Notes: a model not told the origin generated them from the sequence alone. A DNA stretch of 64,000 bases from Oikopleura dioica (GCA_907165135.1 OU015569.1:1860001-1924000); one strand, 5' to 3'; shown: positions 10,185 to 23,786, counted from the stretch's first letter. Numbers and translations: made by a program.

Positions 10185-12937
10185 TCTCTCCTCAAAAAGA
10201 AAAAAACTAAATGCCAATCATCAGACCCTTTTTTCTTTCAGATTCTGCACAACTCTTGTCAATAAAAGCGCCTTCCAAGATATTGAAAATTCATTGTTGT
10301 TTGATTATTTTTTTTTATTAATAATTTATCTGTTTGGTCAACTTAAACTTTTGGAAAAAGAAAGGCGATAAATTTATTTTGAAAATATTTAATATGATTT
10401 TATTTAATTAAATAGTTGAAGTAAATTTTTCTTATAATTTATTTTGAGATATGAATTTGCGTTTGGCTAGTTTGGATTGATATTGTCGGTAGTTTGTTTA
10501 ATTTGTTGCCAAAGATTGGCGATTAGAATTTGATCGCGGCGTAATTAGCTGCAGGGGACTGATTGTTCCTGTCGCTAATTGCGGAGTGTGCCCTAAGCCC
10601 TAAGCCCGATCGCCATCGATTGTGATTCATTACCGAAATATACTAAGCCCGGTTTAGCGGATTGTAAGAGCTCTTTGGGCAGCGTTTCCCGCACCCAAGC
10701 TGGACGAAAACCTAGAGAACTAAAACAAATCCTTTTTGCCACGATTCCTCACAACTCGCAATCATGGAAGACTCATAGGAAACGATCAACTTAGAGAATC
10801 ACTTCTGAATTCTTCAAAAAGAGAAAGTATTGTTTTGAAGAATATTCTTAAAAATAACAAGAAAAATATTAAATCCAATGTTTTTAAAATGTAGTTTTTT
10901 AGCCTTTCCAAAAGTATAAAAATAATATTTTGATCCGTGATAGAAGTAAGATTGCTGGCTGCAATCAAAGAGGAGAAGATCGAAAAATAAATAATAAAGT
11001 TGAAAGAGAACTCGCCGTATGAATGGTGGGAATGATCCATTCTAGCAGAGATAACATAGAAGAGTCTCGACCGGAGAGAGACACGAATAGCCGCAAATAT
11101 GCTGGCAGACTTTGTGATTAAAAAGTCGACGAGGAGAAGAAAAAAGGATGCAAAGCACAGCCAGGTATTTACTAAGCGAATCAGAGAAGAAACTCGAATC
11201 GGCTCTATCCCCTTATTTTTACATTGCCCGCAAACCGTATATTAAAAATGATTGTGACGCTAGAATTTCCGTGAAGCCCAATCAATCTAGCGATTCAGTC
11301 CCATAAGGAACGCTCTCAGTATAAACATAGGCATTTGAGTTCGATTGACATTTTTATAGGGTTGAGCGCGTCGCCAGCAGGCCTTCTCTGATATTATATG
11401 AGGTTATGACCCGAGTCGCACCTTCACCGTTTCGTCTTTATTACTAGCCGCGCTTTCCAAGTTTTATTGTTACAGGCAATTATCAGCTTCCATCTTGAGC
11501 TTTATTCGTCCCCAAGATTGACGGTTAATCCATTCCCGTATCGTCTCATTTTTCTCCTAAACTTTTTTAGAATTATTTTTCTAATTCTTATTTCTCATCA
11601 ATAATTTTTATGTTTTTGTAAAAGTCTCACGTGTTTTTCCCATGATCGAAAGTTCCACTGTGAGTAGAAAATAAGAGGCAGGTACAGTCAGCTGGCAGGG
11701 GTTGAGGAGCTACAGTCAGTTGGTAGTTTCACTCCGCCAAAGCCGACGTACTGTCAGTCTAAACAACTTTAACCGCTTTCAGAAGAGATCGTCTTTGCGA
11801 GACAAAACTTGTCAGATAAGGTATCAAGTACTTGCCTATCAGACTATAAGAATAGCTCCACCGAAAGAGTAAAAGGGAGAGCGCTTTTTTTGAAAAGAGA
11901 GAAAATAAGGAAAAATTATAACAAAGAGAATTTTTCATTCAAAATAAAGGTAAACCTATATTTTCCCATCAAAAGCATTACGGTACTCAGATGAAAATTT
12001 CAAAGGATTTTCAAAGGATTTAGAAAATGTACAGATTCGAAAAACTTGCAATTACAGTCTTATATTTATAATTTCGATCCAAAGTTTTTTGCACGAATAA
12101 ATGTGGCTTTGGTGTTCGAAGTGAGTGGCTAGAGCGTTTGAAGGGTTAATTGAGTACTGAGATTGCTTGGCCTGCGGCGAGTGTGAGTCGTCTTTGACTG
12201 TGTGCGTGCCCAAGGAAAATTTCTTGCGGGAGATAGACACCTCACTGGATGGGCGCTTGCCGAGAGCTCAAGCCTTTACTAGCACTGTACAGAGCTCTGT
12301 GCCCAAAACACACTTGAACCGTTTTTTCCGGCCGACTTTTCACAAGAGAGCGCGTGCCCGACCCACAGAAGTAAGAATTTATAAGGTAAAAATTGAGTGT
12401 TTACAGCCTCCAAAGTTGACGCTAGAATTTACACCTGAACGCCCCAAAAATTAAATTAACTTGGAAATTTTTTTTTCATTTATTTTATTCAGCCGCTCAA
12501 ATTTTCTTTGTCCTCCAAATCTGTGGAAAAAGAAAATCTATAAAGAAAATAAATTTTTCAAAATTAAGAATCTAAATATATTCCTTGAACTTTCGTTATT
12601 CAATTAATTAATTTTGGGTTAATTTATTATTTTTATTTAAAAAAATTATTATCAAATCTCTCGTTTTCTTTCTTTTTTTTTATCTTTTCCGGTGAAAAAA
12701 TGAACTTCAGTTTGCGACGGGTGCCATCTTTCGTGGGCAAGAAATGATTGTATCGAATAATTTATTGCTTTTACTTTTATTTTCTATTAACGGGGCTGAT
12801 ACAAAACGGTGTTGGTGGCGCCCGTGCGCCGTCGGCGGCTTTAGGCACACTGCAAGCCCGGGCATCCATGTGCGATCTTCCTATCCATGCCACGCTCTCA
12901 TCGCTGACTCTACTCACTCTGCCCGGTGTGAGAGAAT

Positions 12938-12954
12938 CATTCCAGAGCCATTCC
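12938..12954 (+). promoter_or_regulatory. Tandem CATTCC (MCAT/TEAD-type) motifs upstream of CaV1
   Basis: CATTCC at 12938-12943 and 12949-12954, ~0.7 kb upstream of the CaV1 ATG, in a long non-coding interval. Motif match only. Confidence 0.25.
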
Positions 12955-13663
12955 AATTAAAGCTCCTTTTTTGCTAAAAGAGACTCTGACTGTAACGACC
13001 ATCGCGAGGGCGAATAAGAGAGAAAGTGGAATTGATCGAACTTGCGAAATTAATTAATCGAAAAAGACAATCTCCAGCAACTCAAAAAAAAAACTGAAAA
13101 AAAACGAGAGAGAGAGGCGGCAAACCAGAGATCATAAGAAAATCTATCAAGAAGGGTCAAATTTACTTTTACTGATGTCGGGCACTCTCTGACGCTGCTT
13201 TGCCGGCGTCTGGGTGGATTTGATGGTTCAGTGGGTTCTGAATCGCGACCGGAGCAAGTCAGTCCAACTACTTTTTCTAATTTGCAAAAAGATCTTATTA
13301 TTAAAGAAAGATTTTATTTAGACAGTTATGCTTACTTTTACTAAAATTTCTATAATTATTTTATTACTAGCGTCTTTAAATTAAATCAATTGCAATTGCA
13401 AAATCCAGATTTCTTTTTTTACCGAGCGGTAGATGGCGCTAGTCAGATTTTAACCGACCATTCAGGACTCGAATCTGGCGGTGGACCTGGGCACGACTTG
13501 GGCCGCCCCGTGCCACAATCCTCTACGCCCATAAGGAACTGTTGTTCAATGTGACGGATGCTAATGATCATTTTGAGAAAAATGTTAATGCGTATCAATT
13601 GGCTGGATAAAAATCAATAGGTTAATAATTCATCCCCAGTTATGAATAACAGTGAGGAGGAGT

Positions 13664-16600
13664 ATGCAGAATGACGACACAAAGGGAATCACGAACTGGA
13701 ACACCGTACTAGCCGTGAGTAGTCTGCCAGCTTTCTTGCAGCAGAAGAAGCGTATAATCGCCCGTAGAATGCATCTGCTAAACCTGGTAGCGCGCGCGGA
13801 GGAGCAGAGCCAGGATAAATTGGCGCGCGCACCGTGGGTGCCATGATCAACCAGATAAACCGTCTGTTAATCGCTCTACCCGGTCCGCTATCATTGATAT
13901 TCTTAATTCGCGATTCGAATTTGCTCCTCCTGCCGTTGCCAAGCCCAATATCATGAGCGACACGGGACCGTTGAATCCCGGAAATATACAATTTTTCTTG
14001 AAAACTCATTTGAAACTTCAGAACGCTCAATCTGGCGGTCCAAATGTCGCACAGAAGAAAAAGCCAAAAGCTCAAACGGGGATATTTGCTAACAAGGCTC
14101 CTCGGGCCTTATTTTGCCTTACTCTCCAGAACAAATACCGCCGTTTCTGCATTAAGCTTGTTGAATTAAAGGTATTGCCAAAGTGCGTTAATTATGTATA
14201 CAGGCTCCTAATCGCCTCTCACTGGCTGATCGCGTCTTTAAGGCCTTTGATTATTTTATTCTTCTCACTATCATTGCCAACTGTATCACGCTGGGCGTCC
14301 AAACACCTTATCCGCAGAGCGACTCTGATCCCACGAATGAAAAAGTGGTAAGTTTCAACTCCATCTACCCGATTTCCGTTCTTAGCAATCTCGAAGTACT
14401 TAAGTCTGTCTACATTATTTTCGATACTACAGAAACGAGTAAAATTTCTTTTAAAAAATCAAAACTACGCGCCGGACCAACTACTCGCTAGTGATGACAA
14501 CACGCAGCGGTGATAAATGAGCACTTGGTGGCGCAGGCGGTGCTTTAAATAATGAATGAAATGCAGCATATATCCGACAGTGAATTAGGATTATATATCG
14601 ATTCATTCGATTTCTGCTTTCTTCCCGGGTGTATTCAATTTAATGTAAACAGACAAATCCCGCGGCGGACGAATCACCGTTACTAATCGCTTCGCTTCAG
14701 GAAAACATAGAATATGTATTTATGGTTATCTTCACGTTCGAGTGCGTGCTCAAAATCATCGCTTATGGATTTACGATGCATCCGAACTCCTACCTCCGCA
14801 ACGGATGGAACATCCTCGATTTCACCATTGTGATCATCGGCCTGGTGTCTACTGTCATGGAAAGAATCGTCTCCAAAACCACTGATTTCAAAGCTTTACG
14901 TGCCTTTCGAGTGCTTCGACCACTTCGCCTAGTTTCTGGAGTGCCAAGTAAGCTCCAACTCAAGCTCCCTCCTTTAATCACAGTGCTTTAGGTTTACAAG
15001 TTGTCTTGAACTCAATCTTCCGTGCTATGATTCCACTTCTCCACATTACTCTCCTGGTAAGTCGCGCGAAATGACGAGAAAGAAATATTGTTTAAAAAAT
15101 TATTTAGGTGTTTTTGTTATCGTGATTTATGCAATCATCGGCCTCGAGCTTTTCAAGGGAAAGCTCCACGCCACGTGTTACAAATTAGGAACCCAAACCT
15201 GGGTGAACGTCAGCGACCTTTATGGACCAGAAGCGCCTTTAGTATTGAAAGACCCTGGCGATTTTTCCGTCGACGAAGACGGCTCGCCCTTTCCTTGCGA
15301 TCCTCAGATAACGCAGGGAAGAGACTCTCGCTGGAAGTATCAGCCAAAGTACAGCACCAATTACAGTGACGACGACAATCACGGCCGAGTTTGTCTTGAA
15401 AACGAGCTCTGCCTCGGCCCTGCAGGAGAGGCTCATAAATTTTGCATAAAAGCTGTCATTAATATTTTTTGAAATATTCGACGAAAAACTACTTTGTATT
15501 ATTCAATTAATTGTTGAGATTTGAGTGCGATATTGCGTGCCCAAATCGCGCGTATGTGTGCCCACAGGGCATGTTAACTATTTACGAGGTTTATGATGCG
15601 ATTCAACTTGCATGGTTTGACTACACCAATGTCATGTCAGGAGCAATATAGATCCGAGCTCTTTTGAGTATGATTGAGACTGGTATTGAGCATACTGTCG
15701 CGCGGCCAAGTAATTGTTCCATACACTTCAGATAAACTGCAAGACAAGCTACAGTAGCGTTTTGCTATCGGATTTGCGCCCATACTAAATGTCAGCGCGA
15801 ATAGCACTCGTACTGAGCCAGGTTAAGCCTGTCTCACACTTGATCCAGAGACGAACATGTTCGACCCTAATAAGCCGCAAGTCGACAATTGCTACCACGA
15901 CCCGGAATGGCCCGGTTGGCGCGGTTGGGAAGGACCGCACGGCGGTATCATCAACTTCGACAACATCTTCTTCGCCATGATCACCGTCTTCCAATGCATC
16001 ACGATGGAAGGCTGGACGGACGTCCTCTACTATGTGAGTATTCTTACTGTCTAATTACAGAGTCTGACATTGCTCGCCGCAAGAGCTGATGCCCGTCACT
16101 GTCACTGCTTTCTCTGACGCGCTAGCTTCGACTGTAGCTCCCCTCCCAAATTGTTTGTTTTCGACGAAAGTTTAAAAGACACTCCCGATTTCCAAATTGT
16201 GAGTTTGGGCGTCTGTTAATAATAAAGAGGGTATTAAAATTAAATTCATCATCAACCAACCGCCCCTTACTCCGTCAGACACGCCTGGGCCGTGACAGTT
16301 GCGCCCTTGGGAGAAATTATTGCCACATTTCGATAGACAGATCGCCCAGAATGAGTGCCTGCTTTTTCTAAACAAAGATTTGATACTCTTATCTTAACGT
16401 TTCTAAATGAATTTAGGTAAATAATGCTTATGGACGATTATGGGCTCAGGGTTTCATTCCCGTGCCTACGATCTATTTCGTCAGTTTGATTATCATCGGC
16501 TCGTATTTTGTGATGAACCTAATTCTTGGTGTTCTTTCCGGAGAGTTTTCAAAGGAAAGAGAGAAGGCGCGCGCCCGAGGCGACTTCCAAAAGCTGCGCG

Positions 16601-19600
16601 AGAAGACGCAGATGGAAGCCGATTTCAAGGGCTACTTGGATTGGATCACCCGCGCTGAAGATATCGAGCCAGAGGACGACGATCTCGACGACAACTTGTC
16701 CCTGCTGAGGGAGAACTCGCGCCTCGGCAAGATGGCGATCATCGACAATCACATCGACATGCCGGATTACGCTGGCAGTGACTCCAGCTCAATCAAGCGA
16801 GCCAATTTGGGCTGGTGGGGCAAGACCAAACGCAAAATGTTTCCAGCTTGCTACAGCAAGAAAAAGTAAGTCTCGGAGTTTATGCTCGCTTGCGTAACTT
16901 GACGAACTTTTGTTGAAGGAAGAGATTAGGGAGTTGACACCCATAATAGCTTAACCGTAGAAAGGGCATCTGCGCCCCTTAATCGCTCAGAATGAGCTTG
17001 GCAATCAGCAGTAATTTACAGCTCGTGTTGTTAGCGCCTGGCCATCAAGAAGTAGTCATGGGATTGTCACTTTAGCTCTTCTTGATTGATCGTGTCCTCT
17101 TTTCCAAAAACGTAAAACTTCCATTATCCTTATTTTCTACTGCTTTATACTTTGTCAAACTTTTACGCGGGCATCATTCTAAAGTTGTCCTTAGAAGCCG
17201 TAATTGGCATCTAATTTAAGAAAGAGCTTCTTTATGAAAATAAACTTACTTAAAAAATTAATCTTTAACGGAACTAAATTAAAATTGAAGCGAGTCTTTT
17301 CGCCGCTGGAATGGACGAAACAGAAAACGCCTGCGTTTCTTGGTCAAGTCAAAATCTTTTTACTGGTTCATCATTTTCCTCGTCTTTTTAAATACTGTCG
17401 TGCAGGCCTCTGAACACTACAATCAGCCCGACTGGCTCACCAATGTTCAACGTAAGTTTAGCAGTAGCTTTTCCTTTTCTGAGATTTTCAGTTGTCGCGA
17501 ATAAAGTGCTGCTTGGGCTGTTTACGGCCGAAATGTTTCTAAAAATGTATGCTCTGGGACTTGTGACTTATTTTTCGTCATTGTTCAATCGGTTCGACTG
17601 TTTCGTCGTTTGCGGCTCCATCATCGAACTCATCCTTACCTCGGCTAATGTCCTCGAACCACTTGGAATTTCTGTTCTGCGTTGCGTACGCCTTCTGTAA
17701 CGGGATCCACCAAACAAGTCAACTTCGAGATTTAAAGAGTAAAATGTCTCCTTCGTGAGCTAGCTGGCCATTAAGAATTAATACCGAAAAAACGTTAAAG
17801 TTAGTGTTTCAATTGCGAAGCAATCCCCATGGGGCCAGTGCGGCCCGCAGAGTATCTTTTTGCATGATAATTATGGGGAAAATATTTGAGCAGAGCTTGG
17901 CCAAGTGCCAGTCTGCTGCGGCGCGATCAAGATCGAATGTGGATCCCCCCGATAGCGAATCTTTAAAGTGACCAAGTACTGGGAGTCACTGTCAAACTTA
18001 GGAAAGCCTTGACAAATGTAAACATTTAGGAATAATTAGCATTTGATCCAAATCAATAGATCGCGCTCCGGTGATTTCTAAACTAGGCTTAATTCAAAAG
18101 GAAAACTTAAATTCTTGAAGCGATTGTCAAGGCGTGAAAAAGTTGCCTCTTTATTGAATTCAATCCGTTCAATCGCCTCACTGCTTTTGCTGCTAGGACT
18201 TTTTATAATTATCTTCAGGTACGTTATAATTAATTATTTGATGAGCATAGCATTACTTATTCATGCACTATTATTATTTTCTGTGATGCAGGCTTCATTA
18301 AATACAAGAATAGGGCAGATGCAGAGGGTGATGTTTTACTGCTTCGCCTTAATGTCCTTTTCTTTTGCAATCGATAAGAATATAGATTCTAAGGATATCT
18401 AATGGATTATTCACATATTTATACGCATATAGTGTAGCCATGCCAGCTAGCGACTCGATTTCCTTCCAACAAAAAGTCGCTCTTTCACGCATCAGAAAGC
18501 ACTTAGCAATAACTATTACAGAATTACCGATTTGTAGTTTGCTTGGGATGCAACTCTTTGGTGGAAAATTCAACACAATCGACCAGGCACAGACGCGCTC
18601 GAATTTCGATGATTTTCTACACGCGCTGCTTACTGTCTTTCAAATCCTCACTGGTGAGGATTGGAATTCTGTCATGTATTCTGGAATCCAAGCTTACGAA
18701 GGTCCAGCAAAGCCATGGTTACGAATTTGAAAAAATGACTGTTGATTATGCAGTGCAAGATTTTTTTCCTTCTTGATTTTAAGGTGCCACTTTTGTAACC
18801 CTACTAAGCCACTTGGAATGGTGGTCTCAGTCTATTTTATCATTCTGTTCGTCTTCGGAAACTACATTCTGTTGAATGTTTTCCTCGCCATTGCCGTCGA
18901 TAATCTGGCTGATGCGGAAAGCCTCACTAAATCTCAGCTAGGGTCAACAGCGATCCGCCGATCGATTCTTATACTCATGCATTTATAGCTTTAGAAATAA
19001 GAAAAATGATTCCTCGCGTTGACCTAAAAACAAGAAAGAAAATGAAGAAGAAAAGAAACGCAAGAAAACTCTCCGCTTCCAGAAAATCTCAAGGGTCTTC
19101 CGAAAACGCCAAGTTGTGGAACAAGTGGAGCAACAAGTCCAACTGCCCGAAGAGGTAGAGGAGATTGACGAAGAAATCGCCGAGAACCAACATGTGCGAA
19201 TAGAAGTCACTTCCGCCTCGGACAGTGAGTCCCTTCATTTGCCTGAGGGAGACGAAGACTCGGAACCTGAAGTGCCTTCTGGGCCCCGCCCGAAACGACT
19301 TTCTGATCTGAACCTCAAGGAGAAAACGGTTCCTATGCCCAATGCGTCGGCTTTCTTCTGCTTGAGCACGACTAACCCCTTCAGGAAGATATGCCACAAG
19401 ATTGTCAACTTGAACGTCTTCAACAACATCATCCTCGCATGTATTGTCTTCTCCTCAATTACTCTTGCAATCGAAGATCCGATCGACGAGTCATCGAGGA
19501 AAAATCAAATTCTGAAGATTTTCGATTACTTCTTCACTTCAATCTTCACCATGGAAATTGTGCTCAAAGTGATCTCCTACGGTGCCATCTTCCACAAAGG

Positions 19601-22600
19601 CTCCTACATGCGATCTTGGTTCAATCTTCTGGATTTGCTCGTTGTTTGTGTCTCTTTGCTGTCGATTTTCAGCGATTCATCGACATCTGACATTTCCGTG
19701 CTCAAGATTTTGCGAGTTCTTCGAGTTCTGCGACCGCTGCGAGCCATTAATCGAGCAAAAGGACTGAAGCACGTCGTCCAGTGCGTCTTTGTTGCAATCG
19801 GTACCATTCAGAATATCATTCTCATCACTATGTTGCTCATCTTCATGTTCGCTTGTATTGGCGTCCAGTTGTTCAAAGGAAGACTTTATGCCTGCAGTGA
19901 TAATTCCAAGACGACCATGGAAGAGTGTAAAGGTAAAAAACTTAAAATTACGCTCTCATTGAATAACGAAATTTCAGGCGAATATGTGGAATTTGAAGAC
20001 AACACATTCAATAAGCCTGTTTTGCGCCAGCGCGAATGGCAGAACAGCGATTTCAACTACGACACTGTGCACGGCGCGATGCTGTCACTCTTCGTCGTGG
20101 CCACTTTTGAAGGCTGGCCAAGTCTGCTGTACAAGTAAGCGATCGTCGAAAAATTTTTATAAGGAAGCAATTATTCTGGTCCTTGTCGCGGCTGGGCGTA
20201 AATCTATTGTAATCCTAGCTAAGCTGCGTGATTCATTTACTCAAAATCAATTTCGCGCAATTTCGTCTCTCCCGTGTCTTATGGAATCGTTTTAGGTCAA
20301 TTGACTCCTGGTCGGAGGACCACGGACCGAAGTACATGGCTCGCTCTGGCGTTTCCCTCTTCTACATTGCATACATTATTGTCATTGCGTTCTTCATGAT
20401 GAACATCTTCGTCGGTTTCGTCATTGTCACCTTCCAAGAGCAAGGAGAAATGGAATATAAGAACTGCGAACTCGACAAGAATCAACGCCAGTGCTTAGGA
20501 AAGGCTTACTAAACCAACTATTTTGAAAGCTTGGGAAAAAATAAGCAGTAGTTCAAAACTTTTGCTTACTATTTGAATGAATTAAAAAGCCGTTACAAAG
20601 AATACGCGCTAAAAGCGAAACCCATTCCACGATATATGCCGTCAAATCCCTGGCAATACCGCGTTTGGCTCGTTGTCAACTCACCTTACTTCGAGTACTT
20701 TATGCTCGGCCTTATTTTATTGAATACCCTCTGTGACGGATTTCTTAATTTAATCAGATCTACGAGATTATGAAAACAGTAGAAGCTTTAAAAGCTTTCG
20801 AAATCCGTAATCAGTTTAACAGTTCAGCACGACCAACAAATCCCCAATCTAACGACCCTACTTGGCTACCTAAATGTTGTCTTCACTACGCTCTTTACCA
20901 TCGAAATGGTCTTCAAAATGGTGGCCTTCAAACCAAAAGTTAGGCAATCTAATTGATCACTGATCTAATTGAATTTCAGCATTATTTCCAAGATCCCTGG
21001 AACACTTTTGATTTCATCGTTGTTGTTGGCTCCATTGCCGACTTGTTCGCCGATTCCAAGGACAACAACCTTTCGATCAAGGTTTCTTTCTTCCGTCTAT
21101 TTCGCGTTCTTCGACTTGTCAAGGCACGGATCGCGAAATTATTAAAATGGAGCTTAATTTCATCTAATACGTCAAAATGAGATGAGTGCTATATATCCAG
21201 TTAAATCGGCAGATATTTATGCGAAGGGCTAAACAATTTGAGTAAATGACCAAAAAACGAATTAGATCGATCCTAGGATAGCTGCTTTCGCGGGGCGAAG
21301 GCATTCGGACACTGCTGTGGACCTTTGTCAAGTCAATCCGCGCTTTGCCATACGTTGCCATGTTAATCTTGCTACTCTTCTTCATCTATGGCGTTGTCGG
21401 CATGCAAATGTTTGGCACCATTCAGCCGCTCGAGCATAAAATGATCAACGAAAATAACAATTTCAAATCGGTAATCTAACTTAATTATAACACGAATGAT
21501 ACGAGTGCTTCAGTTCTTCCAGTCAATGTTGCTGCTCTTCCGCTGTATGACTGGAGAAGCATGGCAAGATATTATGCTGGACTCGGTGGCAAATCGCGAA
21601 TGTAATCAGCGCTACCTCCAGTCTTTGCCTGACCTGAAGGGAATCGACTATCCACCGATTCGCCCTGAAGACGGCGACAAAGAAAAACAGCGTCTCTTCG
21701 ATATCTACATGGAGAAGAAGTTCTCTTGCGGTTCCAACTTTGCCTACGTCTACTTTATCAGTTTCTACATGTTTTGTGCCTTCTTGATCATCAACCTTTT
21801 CGTTGCTGTCATCATGGACAATTTCGACTACCTGACGCGGGACTGGTCGATCTTGGGGCCCCATCATCTGGACGAGTTTGCCCGCATCTGGGCTGAATAT
21901 GATCACGACGCCAAGGGCAGAATCAAGCATCTGGACGTCGTTACTCTTCTGCGACGCATTCAGCCTCCTCTTGGTTTTGGACGTCTTTGTCCACACAGAG
22001 TTGCCTGCAAGCGCTTGGTCTCGATGAACATGCCGTTACAGTCTGATGGAACGGTTATGTTCAATGCTACTTTGTTTGCTCTTATCAGAACCTCGCTCAA
22101 AATAAAAACTGAAGGTAGGAAATTAATCCTCTCTTCAGCGTACTAAACTTTCATTTCAAGGAAATATTGATCAGGCAAATGAAGAACTTCGCTCTGTGAT
22201 CAAGAAGATTTGGAAGCGAACGTCCATGAAGCTACTGGATCAAGTCGTTCCTCCAGCTGGGAATGACGATGTGACAGTTGGCAAGTTCTACGCCACTTAT
22301 CTCATCCAGGTCATTTCTACTCCCAAATATTTTTTTGAATATCATTTTTAGGAATATTTCCGCAAATTCAAACAGCGGAAGTTAGAGCGTCAGACCGGTG
22401 GCCATCGAACTGCAGCCGCTCTCCAAGCCGGCATTAGGTGAATATCAGAGCGAGAGGCAAATCACTGGATTATCTTTTTTTAAGATCGCTGCAAGAACTC
22501 GGTCCAGAGATTAAGCGGGTTATCTCCTCCGACAACATCCACGCTGCTGCTGCCGCTGCCTCAGGAGAAGATGGCGACTTTGTCGACGAAACTTGTTACG

Positions 22601-23786
22601 AAGACGAGGAGCCAGTTCACAGGTCAGTCAAATTAAAAAAGTAAACGATTTTCATCTCTTTTTTCAGACGACGACATTCACTTTTTGGAAACTGGGCGAA
22701 GAATCAAAATTCACAGTTCAAAAACTCCTCTGATCCCGTTTACCACACTGTTCGTCCCTTGCAGGTCCAGAAAGTTTATCCTAAATACGACGACCCACGT
22801 GGGGAAAAGAGCTCATTCCCAACGATTACAACTACGAGAGCCACTATGGCAGTCAGGAAAGGGAGCATTTTACATCACCAAGATTCTCTTCCATGATTTC
22901 AAAATGCAACCTCTAAAAGCGCCATCAGCGTCCAGCTCATCCTCTTCAGCGAAGTGACCGTGCTCCCATCGCTGTCGAAGATGAGGACTCGTCCTTTCCA
23001 GAAGATCAGGAGTTCACTGACGAGGACATAAATACCAACAACAACCACATCGCAAATCACTCAAGTGATGCAACCTTCTTGGGCGTCGAGTAAGCCTCTT
23101 TCGAACGACAAAAACTAATCTCGCACTTTAGCCAGCCTGAATATCTCACAGATACTACAGTTTCACAGCCGCATTCACCAATTGGAGCCTTATCAAATCT
23201 CGTCAACTCTATTCGCCGCACAATGGGCCGCAAACTACCTCCTACGCCCTTCCACAAGCCCTACTTGGAGGAGTCAGTAGAAACCTTCATTCCGCAAAAT
23301 ACCTCAAGGTTGCGCCCCTCTTTCTTTTTTCTTGCTAAGCTTTCTTCCCAGGCCATCGGTTGATAGTCAAAGTTTCTACGAACGTCGCTCTCTCGGCCGG
23401 GCGAGCAACTACGAAGCCAGCGGCGCCTTCCACCAGCAGAAGTCGTACTCGTCCTCGGAATCGGACTCTAGCGACCCGACCCGCGTGCCCAAGTACAACT
23501 CGACCGTGATCGGCCGCAGCACGCGCAGCCTGATCCAGCAAGTCTTCCTCGACGAAGATCTGCCGCAACTCGCCGCCGACTCTGACATTGTCTCAATCAC
23601 GGGCAGCGAAATCGCCAACTCTTTCCAGATTCCCCTGGAGCAGCTGGAGAACGCAGCAGATGAGGTAGCCGAACATAAGAGAGACCGTTGTTCATTATTT
23701 ACTTACAGGTGATTTCGACTAGCTCACGCTACTCGCTGGAGGAGAGCGGCTTCGCCCGCACTTCCATGCCAAATTACGACAGTTGG
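13664..23786 (+). CDS. CACNA1 (CaV1): L-type voltage-gated calcium channel alpha-1 subunit (CaV1 family); last exon(s) beyond 23786 unresolved
   Basis: Four repeats with an EEEE filter (TMEGW, TGEDW, TFEGW, TGEAW). [21 protein letters not shown]; S4 segments ([33 protein letters not shown]); L-type C-terminus [21 protein letters not shown]; IQ motif [19 protein letters not shown]. More than 25 exons. Confidence 0.97.

Noticed and set aside
10590-10608. CCCTAAGCCCTAAGCCC telomere-like repeat
   Set aside because: Only about two units with a 7-nt period; compatible with chance.
14490-14580. GTGATGA in a CaV1 intron as a possible C box
   Set aside because: No downstream CTGA D box with a closing stem.
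18700-18812. Duplicated AAGCCA in CaV1 repeat II looked like a fourth shared-G junction
   Set aside because: A canonical GT-AG intron (TG|GTTACG...TTTAAG|G) keeps the frame and gives [11 protein letters not shown], so no anomaly is needed.
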